Shown: positions 18,590 through 27,618 of the stretch, piece after piece | Layout: each line of letters begins with the position of its first letter | Numbering within the stretch: the first letter of the stretch is position 1 | From: Actinomycetes bacterium | GTDB taxonomy: Bacteria; Actinomycetota; Actinomycetes; Nanopelagicales; Nanopelagicaceae | Reading direction: 5' to 3' | DNA length: 64,000 nt | NCBI GenBank assembly: GCA_025360085.1 | Contig: JANYCW010000014.1 | Span: 28,357 to 92,356, forward strand | Program-made: the position numbers and the translations under genes | The notes under the pieces: model-generated | Told to the model about the DNA's origin: nothing | Seen by the model: only the letters and a program-made list of their open reading frames with translations | Databases searched by the model: none

Positions 18590-19098
18590 TTAGCCTTGAT
18601 TTTACAGAGGTTGACCAAGAGGCTGACCCTTACTCAATCGCACACACGATTGCATTAAATGCTCTCGTTGCGCGGGCCAAAAGTAAGGGTGAGCTTCTGG
18701 TTCATCTTAAAAAGCGTGGAGTAGAGGACGATGTTGCTAAGGCCATTATCTATCGGCTTCAAGAGGCGGGCTTAATTAACGATGTTGAGTTCGCTAAAGC
18801 TTGGACACAGTCTCGTCATACTTCAAAAAAACTATCTAAACGAATAATCGCCGGAGAACTTCGCACTAGGGGAGTCGATCAAAGCTCTATCGATGAGGCG
18901 CTCGATGGGATCGGTGATGAAGATGAGTATCGAATGGCCTTCGGCCTTGCGATGAAAAAATATTCAACGATGTCGAGGTTAGAGAGCGACGTACAAATTC
19001 GAAGGATTCAATCACTGCTCCAGCGCAAAGGTTTTGGCTTTGATGTGATTGGTCGAGTTATTCGCGAGCTAGATATTCACTCAGGCGAACTCCAGTAG
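18589..19098 (+). CDS. recX: Regulatory protein RecX (no canonical start codon; absent from the ORF track)
   Basis: Manual translation gives an open frame ...ARAKSKGELLVHLKKRG...GLINDVEFAKAW...ELRTRGVD...LQRKGFGFD..., with a stop at 19096-19098. The upstream in-frame stop is at 18580-18582 and the only start-like codon is ATT at 18589. Confidence 0.9.
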   Translation: MSLDFTEVDQEADPYSIAHTIALNALVARAKSKGELLVHLKKRGVEDDVAKAIIYRLQEAGLINDVEFAKAWTQSRHTSKKLSKRIIAGELRTRGVDQSSIDEALDGIGDEDEYRMAFGLAMKKYSTMSRLESDVQIRRIQSLLQRKGFGFDVIGRVIRELDIHSGELQ

Positions 19099-19774
19099 CC
19101 ACAACTGCGGCGGCGTGAATGCGACCAGGTTGTCGACCTAATCGTTCTATGGGTCCGCTAATACTTACGGCGGCAATTACTTTTCCATTAGGGGCTCGCA
19201 CGGGGGCCGATACCGATGCAACTCCGGCTTCGCGCTCTCCAACGGACTGTGCCCAACCTCGTCGGCGATCGGCGGCTAATTGAGCGGCGCTAAAGCGGGC
19301 ATTGACCAAACCGCGGTGAATTTTTTCGCTGTCTTCCCATGCTAATAAAATCTGTGCTGCAGATCCGGCCGCCATTGTTAGCGCAATTCCTACGGGAACA
19401 GAGTCACGCAGCCCTGATAAACGCTCGGCAACGGCAACGCAGATGCGTTGATCGCCTTGTCGTTTATAGAGTTGCGCACTTTCACCCGTGGCGTCGCGAA
19501 GTGTTACAAGGGCAGGGCCTGCAGCGGCGAGCAATCGATCCTCACCAGCGGCCGAACTTAACTCACCACTACGCGCACCGATGGTAAATCGCCCAGATAG
19601 ATCCCGTGTGACTAATCGATGAAACTCTAGGGCTACGGCTAATCGGTGGGCAGTGGGGCGAGAAATACCAGTAGCGGCAACGAGTTCAGCTAAGGAGTGG
19701 GGACCGGCCTCTAACGTGCTTAAAATGGCTACGGCTTTATCTAAAACGCCAATTCCGCTACTCTGTCTGACCAT
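19058..19774 (-). CDS. ndgR: IclR-family regulator NdgR/LtbR
   Basis: SGIGVLDKAVAIL, SRPTAHRLAVALE, GSAAQILLAW and SVGEREAGVASVSAP; divergent from leuCD. Confidence 0.9.
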   Translation of the reverse strand: MVRQSSGIGVLDKAVAILSTLEAGPHSLAELVAATGISRPTAHRLAVALEFHRLVTRDLSGRFTIGARSGELSSAAGEDRLLAAAGPALVTLRDATGESAQLYKRQGDQRICVAVAERLSGLRDSVPVGIALTMAAGSAAQILLAWEDSEKIHRGLVNARFSAAQLAADRRRGWAQSVGEREAGVASVSAPVRAPNGKVIAAVSISGPIERLGRQPGRIHAAAVVATGVRLSEYLARE

Positions 19775-19788
19775 AGGGTGATATTAGC

Positions 19789-19805
19789 ATCCCACTATGT
19801 GATAT
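19789..19805. promoter_or_regulatory. Imperfect palindrome, possible NdgR operator in the ndgR-leuC spacer
   Basis: ATCCCAC-tat-GTGATAT (5 of 7 bases pair) in the 55-bp divergent spacer. Confidence 0.35.
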
Positions 19806-19829
19806 CGCAAAATTAAGGAGTGAGGGCCA

Positions 19830-21221
19830 ATGGCTTCAACGTTAGCGGAAAAGATTTGGGCTGAGCATGTTGTGCGTTCGGCACCTGGCGAGCCGGATCT
19901 TTTGTATATCGATCTGCATTTGATTCACGAAGTGACCAGTCCACAAGCCTTCGATGGACTACGCCTTGCAAGGCGTACCGTACGCCGACCTGATTTAACA
20001 ATTGCAACCGAAGATCACAATGTGCCGACTCAAAACATTGATAAGCCAATTGCCGATCCCGTATCCAAACTGCAAGTCGATACCCTTCGCGCCAATTGTC
20101 TTGAATTCGGCGTTCGTCTTCATTCACTTGGAGATAAAGAGCAGGGCATTGTCCATGTCGTCGGCCCGCAGTTAGGTCTGACTCAACCGGGAATGACGAT
20201 TGTTTGCGGAGATTCACACACTTCAACGCATGGGGCATTTGGCGCCCTCGCCTTTGGAATTGGAACTTCTGAAGTAGAACATGTTTTAGCCACGCAAACC
20301 CTGCCACTTTTACGTCCTAAGACAATGGCGATAAACGTAAGTGGATCATTAAAACCAGGCGTAACATCGAAAGACATCATCTTGGCGATCATTGCAAAGA
20401 TTGGCACCGCTGGTGGCCAAGGCTATGTTATTGAATATCGCGGAAGTGCCATCCGAGAACTCTCAATGGAATCGCGTATGACCGTATGCAATATGTCGAT
20501 TGAGGCTGGTGCACGCGCAGGGTTAATCGCACCAGACCAAACGACTTTTGATTACATTGCGGGTAAGCCACATGCTCCAAAAGATTTCGATGCAGCACTC
20601 ATGTACTGGAAAACTTTCTTTACCGATGAGGATGCAGAATTTGATGTAGAGATAGATCTGAATGCAGATGATATGGAACCTTTTGTCACTTGGGGTACCA
20701 ACCCGGCTCAAGGAGCCCCGCTAAATTCACTAGTTCCTAATCCTGCCGATCTTAGCGATGACGAAGCGCGCGGAGCGGCCGAAAGAGCGCTTGCGTACAT
20801 GGGTCTGACTGCGGGCACACCGCTTAAAAAGATAGCCATTGACACTGTTTTTTTGGGCTCTTGCACCAACGGTCGTATTGAAGATTTACGCGCTGCCGCC
20901 CACATTCTAAAGGGTAAGAAAATATCTTCAACACTTCGTATGTTGGTTGTTCCAGGCTCAGCACGCGTGAGATTAGAGGCTGAAGCCGAAGGTCTAGATA
21001 AAGTATTTATCGATGCCGGTGCTGAATGGCGCAATGCAGGATGTTCGATGTGTCTTGGAATGAACCCTGATCAATTAGTCGTTGGAGAGCGCTCAGCTTC
21101 GACTTCAAATAGAAACTTCGAAGGTCGTCAAGGCAAAGGTGGGCGAACACATTTAGTGAGTCCACTGGTTGCCGCAGCAACTGCACTACGCGGCACACTT
21201 TCATCACCGGCAGATTTGTAA
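19830..21221 (+). CDS. leuC: 3-isopropylmalate dehydratase large subunit
   Basis: [39 protein letters not shown] and [12 protein letters not shown]. Confidence 0.98.
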   Translation: MASTLAEKIWAEHVVRSAPGEPDLLYIDLHLIHEVTSPQAFDGLRLARRTVRRPDLTIATEDHNVPTQNIDKPIADPVSKLQVDTLRANCLEFGVRLHSLGDKEQGIVHVVGPQLGLTQPGMTIVCGDSHTSTHGAFGALAFGIGTSEVEHVLATQTLPLLRPKTMAINVSGSLKPGVTSKDIILAIIAKIGTAGGQGYVIEYRGSAIRELSMESRMTVCNMSIEAGARAGLIAPDQTTFDYIAGKPHAPKDFDAALMYWKTFFTDEDAEFDVEIDLNADDMEPFVTWGTNPAQGAPLNSLVPNPADLSDDEARGAAERALAYMGLTAGTPLKKIAIDTVFLGSCTNGRIEDLRAAAHILKGKKISSTLRMLVVPGSARVRLEAEAEGLDKVFIDAGAEWRNAGCSMCLGMNPDQLVVGERSASTSNRNFEGRQGKGGRTHLVSPLVAAATALRGTLSSPADL

Positions 21222-21237
21222 AGGGAGAGATAGACTC

Positions 21238-21837
21238 ATGGAAAAATTCATTAGCCATACGGGCACCGCAGTTCCACTTCGCCGTAGCAATGTAGATACC
21301 GATCAAATAATTCCCGCCGTATATTTGAAACGAGTTACGCGCAGCGGATTTGAAGATGGCTTATTTGCCGCTTGGCGAAGTGAGCCCGATTTTGTTTTAA
21401 ATCAACCAGCTTATAAATCAGCGACCATACTTATCGCCGGCGTGGATTTTGGTACTGGATCTTCGCGAGAGCATGCAGTGTGGGCGCTTCAAAACTATGG
21501 CTTTAAAGTTATAATTTCCAGCCGCTTTGCCGACATTTTTCGTGGCAACTCTTTAAAGGGCGGTTTGCTAACAGTCATTCTGGATCAGAGTGAGATTGAA
21601 GCGTTGTGGCGCAGCGTCGAAGCCGATCCAAGCACGCAGATAAAAGTCGATTTAGAGTCTGGCACAATCACTTATGACCAGATAACACTTCACTTTGTTA
21701 TCGATGACTACACCCGCTGGCGATTAATGGAGGGTCTTGACGACATCGGATTAACTATAAAAAACAGTGAATTCATCGACTCTTTTGAAAAAACTCGAGC
21801 TTCCTTTAAGCCGACTACTCTGCCAATTCGAAGCTAA
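21238..21837 (+). CDS. leuD: 3-isopropylmalate dehydratase small subunit
   Basis: [10 protein letters not shown] and [17 protein letters not shown] 21238 follows a purine-rich SD. Confidence 0.97.
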   Translation: MEKFISHTGTAVPLRRSNVDTDQIIPAVYLKRVTRSGFEDGLFAAWRSEPDFVLNQPAYKSATILIAGVDFGTGSSREHAVWALQNYGFKVIISSRFADIFRGNSLKGGLLTVILDQSEIEALWRSVEADPSTQIKVDLESGTITYDQITLHFVIDDYTRWRLMEGLDDIGLTIKNSEFIDSFEKTRASFKPTTLPIRS

Positions 21838-22074
21838 TTCGTCATTATTAGGCTTATTTCACTTCTTTTCGTTGAAGTTCGCGCGTAGAAATTATAACCC
21901 TCAACGCTAAATTGAGGGTTTTCTACGTATAAAACAGGGGTTTTTTAACTCTTTTTGGAAAAATAAATACTGCGACACGCCTGCATTAATAGCCTTACCG
22001 CGGCTTATGTGCGCGTAAGTTTAAGAGCACGTTAAGCAGTTGCTTAACGTTTACGCGTAAATAAGGGGATTTCA

Positions 22075-22578
22075 ATGAATAAGGCCCAATTCATTGCGGC
22101 GTTGGCACCACACTTCAACGACAGCAAGAAGGAAGCAGCTCACGCTGTAGATATCGTTTTTGACACCATTGTTCGCAACCTGCACAAGGGCGAAGATGTC
22201 ATGATCAACGACTTTGGTAAGTTCAAGAAAGTTGATCGCAAAGCACGCATCGGACGTAACCCGTTTACGGGTGAGACCATCAAAATCAAAGCATCGAAGA
22301 AGGCACGCTTCTTACCTGCAAAGGGCTTGAAGGATGTTATCTCAGGTGCGCGAAAGCTTGCTCCTGCACCTAAGCCAGAACCAAAGCCAGTCGTTAAGGC
22401 CGTCGTTAAGGCAAAGCCCGTTGCAAAGAAAGTTGTAGCCAAGAAGGCGCCAGCCAAGAAGGTAGTTGCAAAGAAAGTTGTAGCCAAGAAGGCACCAGCT
22501 AAGAAAGTTGTTGCTAAGAAGGCTCCAGCGAAGAAAGTTGTTGCTAAGAAGGCTCCAGCCAAAAAGGCTAAGAAGTAG
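22075..22578 (+). CDS. hup: HU-family DNA-binding protein with a Lys/Ala/Pro-rich C-terminal tail (HupB type)
   Basis: FGKFKKVDRKARIGRNPFTGE HU core followed by AKKVVAKKAP repeats. Confidence 0.93.
   Translation: MNKAQFIAALAPHFNDSKKEAAHAVDIVFDTIVRNLHKGEDVMINDFGKFKKVDRKARIGRNPFTGETIKIKASKKARFLPAKGLKDVISGARKLAPAPKPEPKPVVKAVVKAKPVAKKVVAKKAPAKKVVAKKVVAKKAPAKKVVAKKAPAKKVVAKKAPAKKAKK
22420..22575 (+). repeat. Degenerate tandem repeats encoding AKKVV/AKKAP units
   Basis: Repeated GCxAAGAARGTTGTT and GCxAAGAAGGCxCCA units in the hup 3' region. Confidence 0.8.
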
Positions 22579-22604
22579 TTCATTCCGCACATTCTCAAGT
22601 GAGG

Positions 22605-22640
22605 CGGGGCTGGCAATTGCTAGCCCCGTTTTCTTTTTCT
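22605..22640 (+). terminator. Intrinsic terminator after hup
   Basis: GC-rich stem CGGGGCT...AGCCCCG followed by TTTTCTTTTT. Confidence 0.8.
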
Positions 22641-22658
22641 ACCCAGTAATATGGGTAA

Positions 22659-23435
22659 ATGACGGAGTACAAGGTTTCCTATGCTCAGCCAACCGGTAAG
22701 CCCCTCGGAACAAATCTCGCCTTTAAAATCGGTACCGCCGCGTGTATTCCAATTCTTAATCTGGTCGGGAAAAAACGCTGGCGCGGGGCGGAAAATATTC
22801 CAAAGAGCGGCAAGATAATTGTGGCTAGTAACCATGTCTCTTATTTAGATGTCTTATTTTTAACGCACTTTCTCTACCGCAATGGTCGCGCCCCACGCTA
22901 CATTGGTAAGGAGGGTGTATTTAAAGTTCCAATTATTGGCAAAATAGTTTTAGCCGCAGGACAGATCCCGGTGGTGCGCGAGAGCAAAGACGCTGCTAAG
23001 GCCCTAGAGCATGCTGTTAAGACGCTGCAGGCCGGTCACCTTTTAGGCGTTTACCCCGAAGGCACGCTTTCACGTGACCCTAATGGATGGCCCATGGTGG
23101 CCAAAACTGGACTTGCCCGCCTTGCAATCATGACCCAATCACCTGTTATCCCAGTTGCCCAATGGGGCTCGCAAATCGTTATGCCAACCTATGAAAAAAA
23201 ATTAAAACTCTTTCCGCGCACGCCAATAAAGATACTGGCAGGCAAAGCACTTGACCTTTCACCCTGGTATGGAAAGCAAGACGACCCAGAGGCATTGACC
23301 CAGGCAACGGCCTTTGTCATGCGGGCGATTACGGATTTGTTAGAAGAGCTCCGTGGTGAAAAGCGTCCTACGGAAATCTTTGATCCACATTTATCGGACT
23401 TGCCTCGAACTGGAAACTTTAAAAAGAAGCGATGA
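22659..23435 (+). CDS. plsC: 1-acyl-sn-glycerol-3-phosphate acyltransferase
   Basis: NHVSYLD (HX4D), YPEGT and KTGLARLA motifs. Confidence 0.9.
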   Translation: MTEYKVSYAQPTGKPLGTNLAFKIGTAACIPILNLVGKKRWRGAENIPKSGKIIVASNHVSYLDVLFLTHFLYRNGRAPRYIGKEGVFKVPIIGKIVLAAGQIPVVRESKDAAKALEHAVKTLQAGHLLGVYPEGTLSRDPNGWPMVAKTGLARLAIMTQSPVIPVAQWGSQIVMPTYEKKLKLFPRTPIKILAGKALDLSPWYGKQDDPEALTQATAFVMRAITDLLEELRGEKRPTEIFDPHLSDLPRTGNFKKKR

Positions 23436-24433
23436 GCAAAATAACCGTTTTAGGTGCAGGGCAATGGGGAAGCACCATGTCACAGGTTCTCTCCGATGCT
23501 GGTAATCACGTATTGATGTGGGGTCGCGACCAAAGCGTCGTTGATGAGATTAATCAGAAACATACAAATTCCAAGTATCTAGATAGAAATATCTTGCCAA
23601 CTGGGCTGCGTGCAACCAGTGATATTGACGAAGCCTTTAATTACTCATCAATCTATGTTTTAGCAGTACCAGCTCAAACCCTGCGCGAGAACCTCATTCT
23701 TTGGAAGCCCAAGGCCGCTCAGAATGCCCTATTTATCAGCACTTTAAAGGGGATTGAGCTCTCAACTCTCCAACGAATGTCGCAGATAATTGAAGATGTA
23801 ATGGACACCTATAACGTAGCTATTATTACTGGGCCAAACTTGGCCAATGAGTTGATTTTGAGACAACCTGCCGGGGCCGTAGTAGCGGCACATACGATGT
23901 TAAATGCAGAAAAAATCGCAAAGATATTTTCAACGCCTTACTATCGGGTATATACCTCGATTGATGTTTTGGGCTGCGAGTTTGCAGGTGCGATAAAATC
24001 CGTTATTGCATTGGCCGTCGGAATGTCCATCGGAATGGGTTTTGGTGAAAATACCCAAGCAATGGTGATTACCCGTGGCCTCAATGAAGTTGCGCGCTTA
24101 TCGGCTGCCTATGGCGCCGATCCACTGAGTGCTGCGGGATTAGCCGGAATGGGAGATTTAGTTGCCAGTTGTGGCTCTGCGCTTTCTCGCAATCGCACCT
24201 TTGGTGAAGTATTAGGGCGCACTGGTTCGATGGATACTGCGCGCCAACTCGTTGCTAAAACGGTGGAAGGCGTTGCCTCATCTAGTGCAGTTCTTGAGAT
24301 TGCCCAACGGATTGGGATCGAAGTTCCTGTCATCGAAGCTGTGGCAGATGTCTGTGCTGGAATACTCACACCAGTGCAGGCATTTGATCGCTTGATGGAG
24401 ATAACCACGCGCTCAGAAAATTTCATCCGATGA
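23432..24433 (+). CDS. gpsA: NAD(P)H-dependent glycerol-3-phosphate dehydrogenase
   Basis: GAGQWG, LKGIE, GPNLA, GLAGMGDLVASC and SRNRTFG. Confidence 0.95.
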   Translation: MSKITVLGAGQWGSTMSQVLSDAGNHVLMWGRDQSVVDEINQKHTNSKYLDRNILPTGLRATSDIDEAFNYSSIYVLAVPAQTLRENLILWKPKAAQNALFISTLKGIELSTLQRMSQIIEDVMDTYNVAIITGPNLANELILRQPAGAVVAAHTMLNAEKIAKIFSTPYYRVYTSIDVLGCEFAGAIKSVIALAVGMSIGMGFGENTQAMVITRGLNEVARLSAAYGADPLSAAGLAGMGDLVASCGSALSRNRTFGEVLGRTGSMDTARQLVAKTVEGVASSSAVLEIAQRIGIEVPVIEAVADVCAGILTPVQAFDRLMEITTRSENFIR

Positions 24434-25479
24434 ATAAAACTACCGTTGCCATTATCTGCGGAGGCCGCAGCAGTGAACATGAAATTTCATGTCTTTCGGC
24501 CGGAGGAGTTCTATCTGGCATAGATAAAAGTAGATACGACGTTGTTTTAATTGGAATAACTAAGTCTGGAAACTGGGTTTTATTACCCAATGATTATCGA
24601 CTTGAAATTCTAAATGGAGTTCTTCCCGTCGTTGATGAACATGCCCCTGTCCTAGTCGCCGATGTACATGGATTTAGGGTTGATGGAAAGCCGCTTGCCA
24701 TAGATGTCGTTTTCCCAGTGCTGCATGGGCCTTATGGAGAAGATGGCACGATTCAAGGTTTTTTTGAAATTGCCAATATCCCTTATGTTGGAAGCGGCGT
24801 GATGGCTTCGGCGCTGGCGATGGATAAATATCTTTCAAAGGCAATCTTTGCCGCGCAAGGCATGAATGTTGCACAGGGAATTGCGGTCACGAAAGAGACG
24901 TGGAAAACTAAAATTGGTGAAATCTCATATCCAGTATTTGTTAAACCTGCTCGAGGGGGATCTAGTCGTGGCACGAACAAAGTTAAATCCGCACACGAAT
25001 TAGAGAGTGCGCTTGACGATGCATTTTTCTTAGATTGTAAAGTGATAATTGAGGCCGCAATAATTGGGCAAGAAATCGAGTGTGCAGTCCTTGAAAACGA
25101 TGGTCGCGTTCAAGCATCGATCGTTGGAGAGATTGTGATCGATTCTAAATTTGAGTTCTACGATTTTGAAGCTAAATACTTAGATGCCGCAACAAGCGTT
25201 AATATTCCAGCAGATATTCCAGAGAGTGCAAGGGATGAAATTCGTGCCAAGGCGATACAAGCATTTCAATCCCTTGGATGCAGTGGCTTAGCACGTGTAG
25301 ATTTTTTCTATACCGACAATGGCGAAGTAGTTATCAACGAGATCAACACTTTGCCAGGCTTTACCGCCACTTCTGTGTATCCCAAACTTATGGCAGCAAG
25401 TGGCGTTGATTACAGCGCATTGATATCGGCTTTGATAACAACGGCCTTAACTCGAACTAACGGTGTCCTTGGTAATTAA
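24430..25479 (+). CDS. ddl: D-alanine--D-alanine ligase
   Basis: GGRSSEHEIS, LHGPYGEDG, GGSSRG, YDFEAKY and NEINTLPGFT. Confidence 0.96.
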   Translation: MNKTTVAIICGGRSSEHEISCLSAGGVLSGIDKSRYDVVLIGITKSGNWVLLPNDYRLEILNGVLPVVDEHAPVLVADVHGFRVDGKPLAIDVVFPVLHGPYGEDGTIQGFFEIANIPYVGSGVMASALAMDKYLSKAIFAAQGMNVAQGIAVTKETWKTKIGEISYPVFVKPARGGSSRGTNKVKSAHELESALDDAFFLDCKVIIEAAIIGQEIECAVLENDGRVQASIVGEIVIDSKFEFYDFEAKYLDAATSVNIPADIPESARDEIRAKAIQAFQSLGCSGLARVDFFYTDNGEVVINEINTLPGFTATSVYPKLMAASGVDYSALISALITTALTRTNGVLGN

Positions 25480-25790
25480 GATTTAACTGAAACGGCTTCA
25501 AGCGGTTTTTCAGTACAAAGAAAGTGCTCATCAGCTAAATGTTTGGTGATGACGCGACTGATTTGATGAGAAACTCGACTTTTTTCCCAATCGAGCCGAT
25601 CGGCGATTTCAGAAGAGTGAAGGGAAGAGCGTGGGGAGTCGATCAGAGTAATTAATAAAAAAAAGTCGGAGGGATAAAGTCCAGTATTTTTGCTGATATT
25701 TTTGGAGAGATGAGGGAGAAGTTGACCCCTCAACTTATGAAAAGCGCGCCATGCTCGAAACGCTTTAACGCTCATGCCGGAGGTTCCCAC
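25476..25790 (-). pseudogene. MarR-family regulator, apparently missing the wing region
   Basis: AWRAFHKLRGQLL...SEIADRLDWEKSRVSHQISR is MarR-like, then the sequence jumps to a short C-terminal-helix-like stretch with no GLVER/DxR wing. It is divergent from a broken azoR. Confidence 0.6.
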
Positions 25791-25894
25791 CATAAAAGCG
25801 TAGTAAAGCAGGAATGGATTCTTAGTCAAATTAAGTTGACCTTTCAACCAATAAGTCTTTAGATAGTTGAACTGTCAACCAATTAGGAGGCTTC

Positions 25895-26314
25895 ATGTCA
25901 TATTTGCTCTATGTATCAGCGAGCCCACAAGGCGAACGTTCAATCTCGCGCAAACTAGCGGCAGAGTTTTTGACTCACTACATGGCTAAGAATCCCAATG
26001 CTCGCGTTGTTGAACGAGATTTGATCAAGAATCCAGTGCCCCATTTAGATGGAGAAACAATTGGTGCGAGCTATAGTCCGGCCGAAAACCACACTCCCAC
26101 CATGGTGCAGAAGCTGAAAGAGCGAATGGAGTTAATCTACGAAATCAAAGTCGCCGATGAGATTCTGGTTTCAACGCCTATGGGGAATTGGAGCGTTCCA
26201 TCGGTGTTTAAGGCATAGATAGATCAACTGATATTTCCGTGCCAACTCGGTGGTGGAGCTGCTAATGATTCCATCTCTGCAAAAGTAACGGTTTTAGCGT
26301 CGCAAGGTGGTTAA
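25895..26314 (+). pseudogene. azoR: FMN-dependent NADH-azoreductase (AzoR/AcpD) with a premature stop and 3' truncation
   Basis: YVSASPQGERSISRKL and STPMGNWSVPSVFKA. TAG 26216-26218 sits at the conserved Trp of KAWID; the frame continues IDQL...VTVLASQGG to TAA 26312-26314. Confidence 0.85.
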
Positions 26315-26539
26315 TTTCTCTCTGACCTGCTTTGCAGATGGATTTGTCATTGCTGTTCCATCTGAAAAAACAAGCGTTGGAACCATTTGATTTCCGTTGT
26401 TAATTCCTTCGACGATGGTCACCGCTTCTGGGGACTCTTCAATGTTGATCTCTTGGAAGGTGATACCCAATTCAGTTAGCTGGGCTTTCAAACGCTTACA
26501 CGGCCCGCACCACGAGGTTGAATACAACGTAAAACTCAT
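26294..26539 (-). CDS. mrx1: Mycoredoxin / glutaredoxin-like protein
   Basis: YSTSWCGPCKRLK, NGNQMVPT and TNPSAKQV. Confidence 0.85.
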   Translation of the reverse strand: MSFTLYSTSWCGPCKRLKAQLTELGITFQEINIEESPEAVTIVEGINNGNQMVPTLVFSDGTAMTNPSAKQVREKLTTLRR

Positions 26540-26670
26540 AGGACAATTCTATTGGTTTGGTAACACTTCAATAAATTGAGGGATTTTGCTGCATGCCTCG
26601 AACGGTCAAGCATAATTTTCGGGCACTGGCCCGCGGAGGTCCTGCGAAACAAATTTCGCTTACGAGTAAT

Positions 26671-27555
26671 TTATCTCACTAAATCTAGAAATTGCGTCAC
26701 GATTCGCTTAAATCGCGCAGGCTCTTCGATATGCGGCATATGTGATGACTCAGGGAATAGTTCCCACGTAGAGCCAGGAATTAATTGGTGAATTTCAGAG
26801 ACCATCGTGGGTGTTGCTTCATCGTATTGGCCAGATACAAGCAACGTGGGAATCGATATTTTATGAAGCTCTTGGAGAATATCCCAATCCTTAAGCGTTC
26901 CAATCACGTGAAATTCACTTGGGCCATTCATCGTGTGATATACCGTTGGTTCGGCTTCCAGTTGCTCAAAACTATCAAGGACATTTTGCGGCATAGGAAT
27001 TCGACAGACGTGACTGGCATAAAACACATTAACTGCGGCAACATACTCTGGCGCATCCGTTGTGCCAGCGGCTTCATGGGAAAGGAGCGTTGCCTGCACT
27101 TCTGGCGAAAGTTCGGCGCGTAATCTATTTGCCTCTGCGAGCCAGACCGGCATGCTTGCAGGGGAATCTGCAACGACGAGTGATTTAAGCCCCTTTGGTT
27201 GCGTAATTGCAAATTGCATTCCAAGCATTCCACCCCATGATTGGCCGACGATTGCGTAGTCATCACTAATGCCTAGATGTTGGGTAAGTAAGACAAGTTC
27301 TTCCATAAATAATTCAGGCGTCCAAAATTTTACTGGCGCATCGACCAGATGTGTGGAGTTACCACATCCAATTTGATCATAGAGAACTGCTGCACGACCA
27401 GATTGGGCAATCATCTCTGCAATTGGAATGCAGTAGTTGTGACCAGCTCCAGGCCCGCCGTGTAATACGATCACGGGTGTTTTACCAGATTTTAAATCAC
27501 CAACAACTCGATACCAAGTCTCTCCGTGTTGCCATTTCATTGTAGATACAGTCAC
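26671..27555 (-). CDS. Proline iminopeptidase-family hydrolase (L-amino acid amidase / tricorn F1-like)
   Basis: HGGPG, YDQIGCGNS, GQSWGG, MNGPSEF and SSHMPH. Confidence 0.88.
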   Translation of the reverse strand: MTVSTMKWQHGETWYRVVGDLKSGKTPVIVLHGGPGAGHNYCIPIAEMIAQSGRAAVLYDQIGCGNSTHLVDAPVKFWTPELFMEELVLLTQHLGISDDYAIVGQSWGGMLGMQFAITQPKGLKSLVVADSPASMPVWLAEANRLRAELSPEVQATLLSHEAAGTTDAPEYVAAVNVFYASHVCRIPMPQNVLDSFEQLEAEPTVYHTMNGPSEFHVIGTLKDWDILQELHKISIPTLLVSGQYDEATPTMVSEIHQLIPGSTWELFPESSHMPHIEEPARFKRIVTQFLDLVR

Positions 27556-27618
27556 AGCATCGCTCCTTCGTTGTTTTGTTAGAAATTAAATGGTGTGGGA
27601 TAGGCAGACCATTTAGCC

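Noticed and set aside
22420-22575. Tandem DNA repeats as a CRISPR-like or VNTR element
   Set aside because: In-frame, synonymous-variable units encoding the known Lys/Ala/Pro tail of actinobacterial HU; no spacers.
26540-26670. 130-bp spacer between the peptidase stop and mrx1 as a possible sRNA or small ORF
   Set aside because: Only a weak hairpin (GCGAAA...TTTCGC) and no recognisable family or coding signal; cannot be supported.
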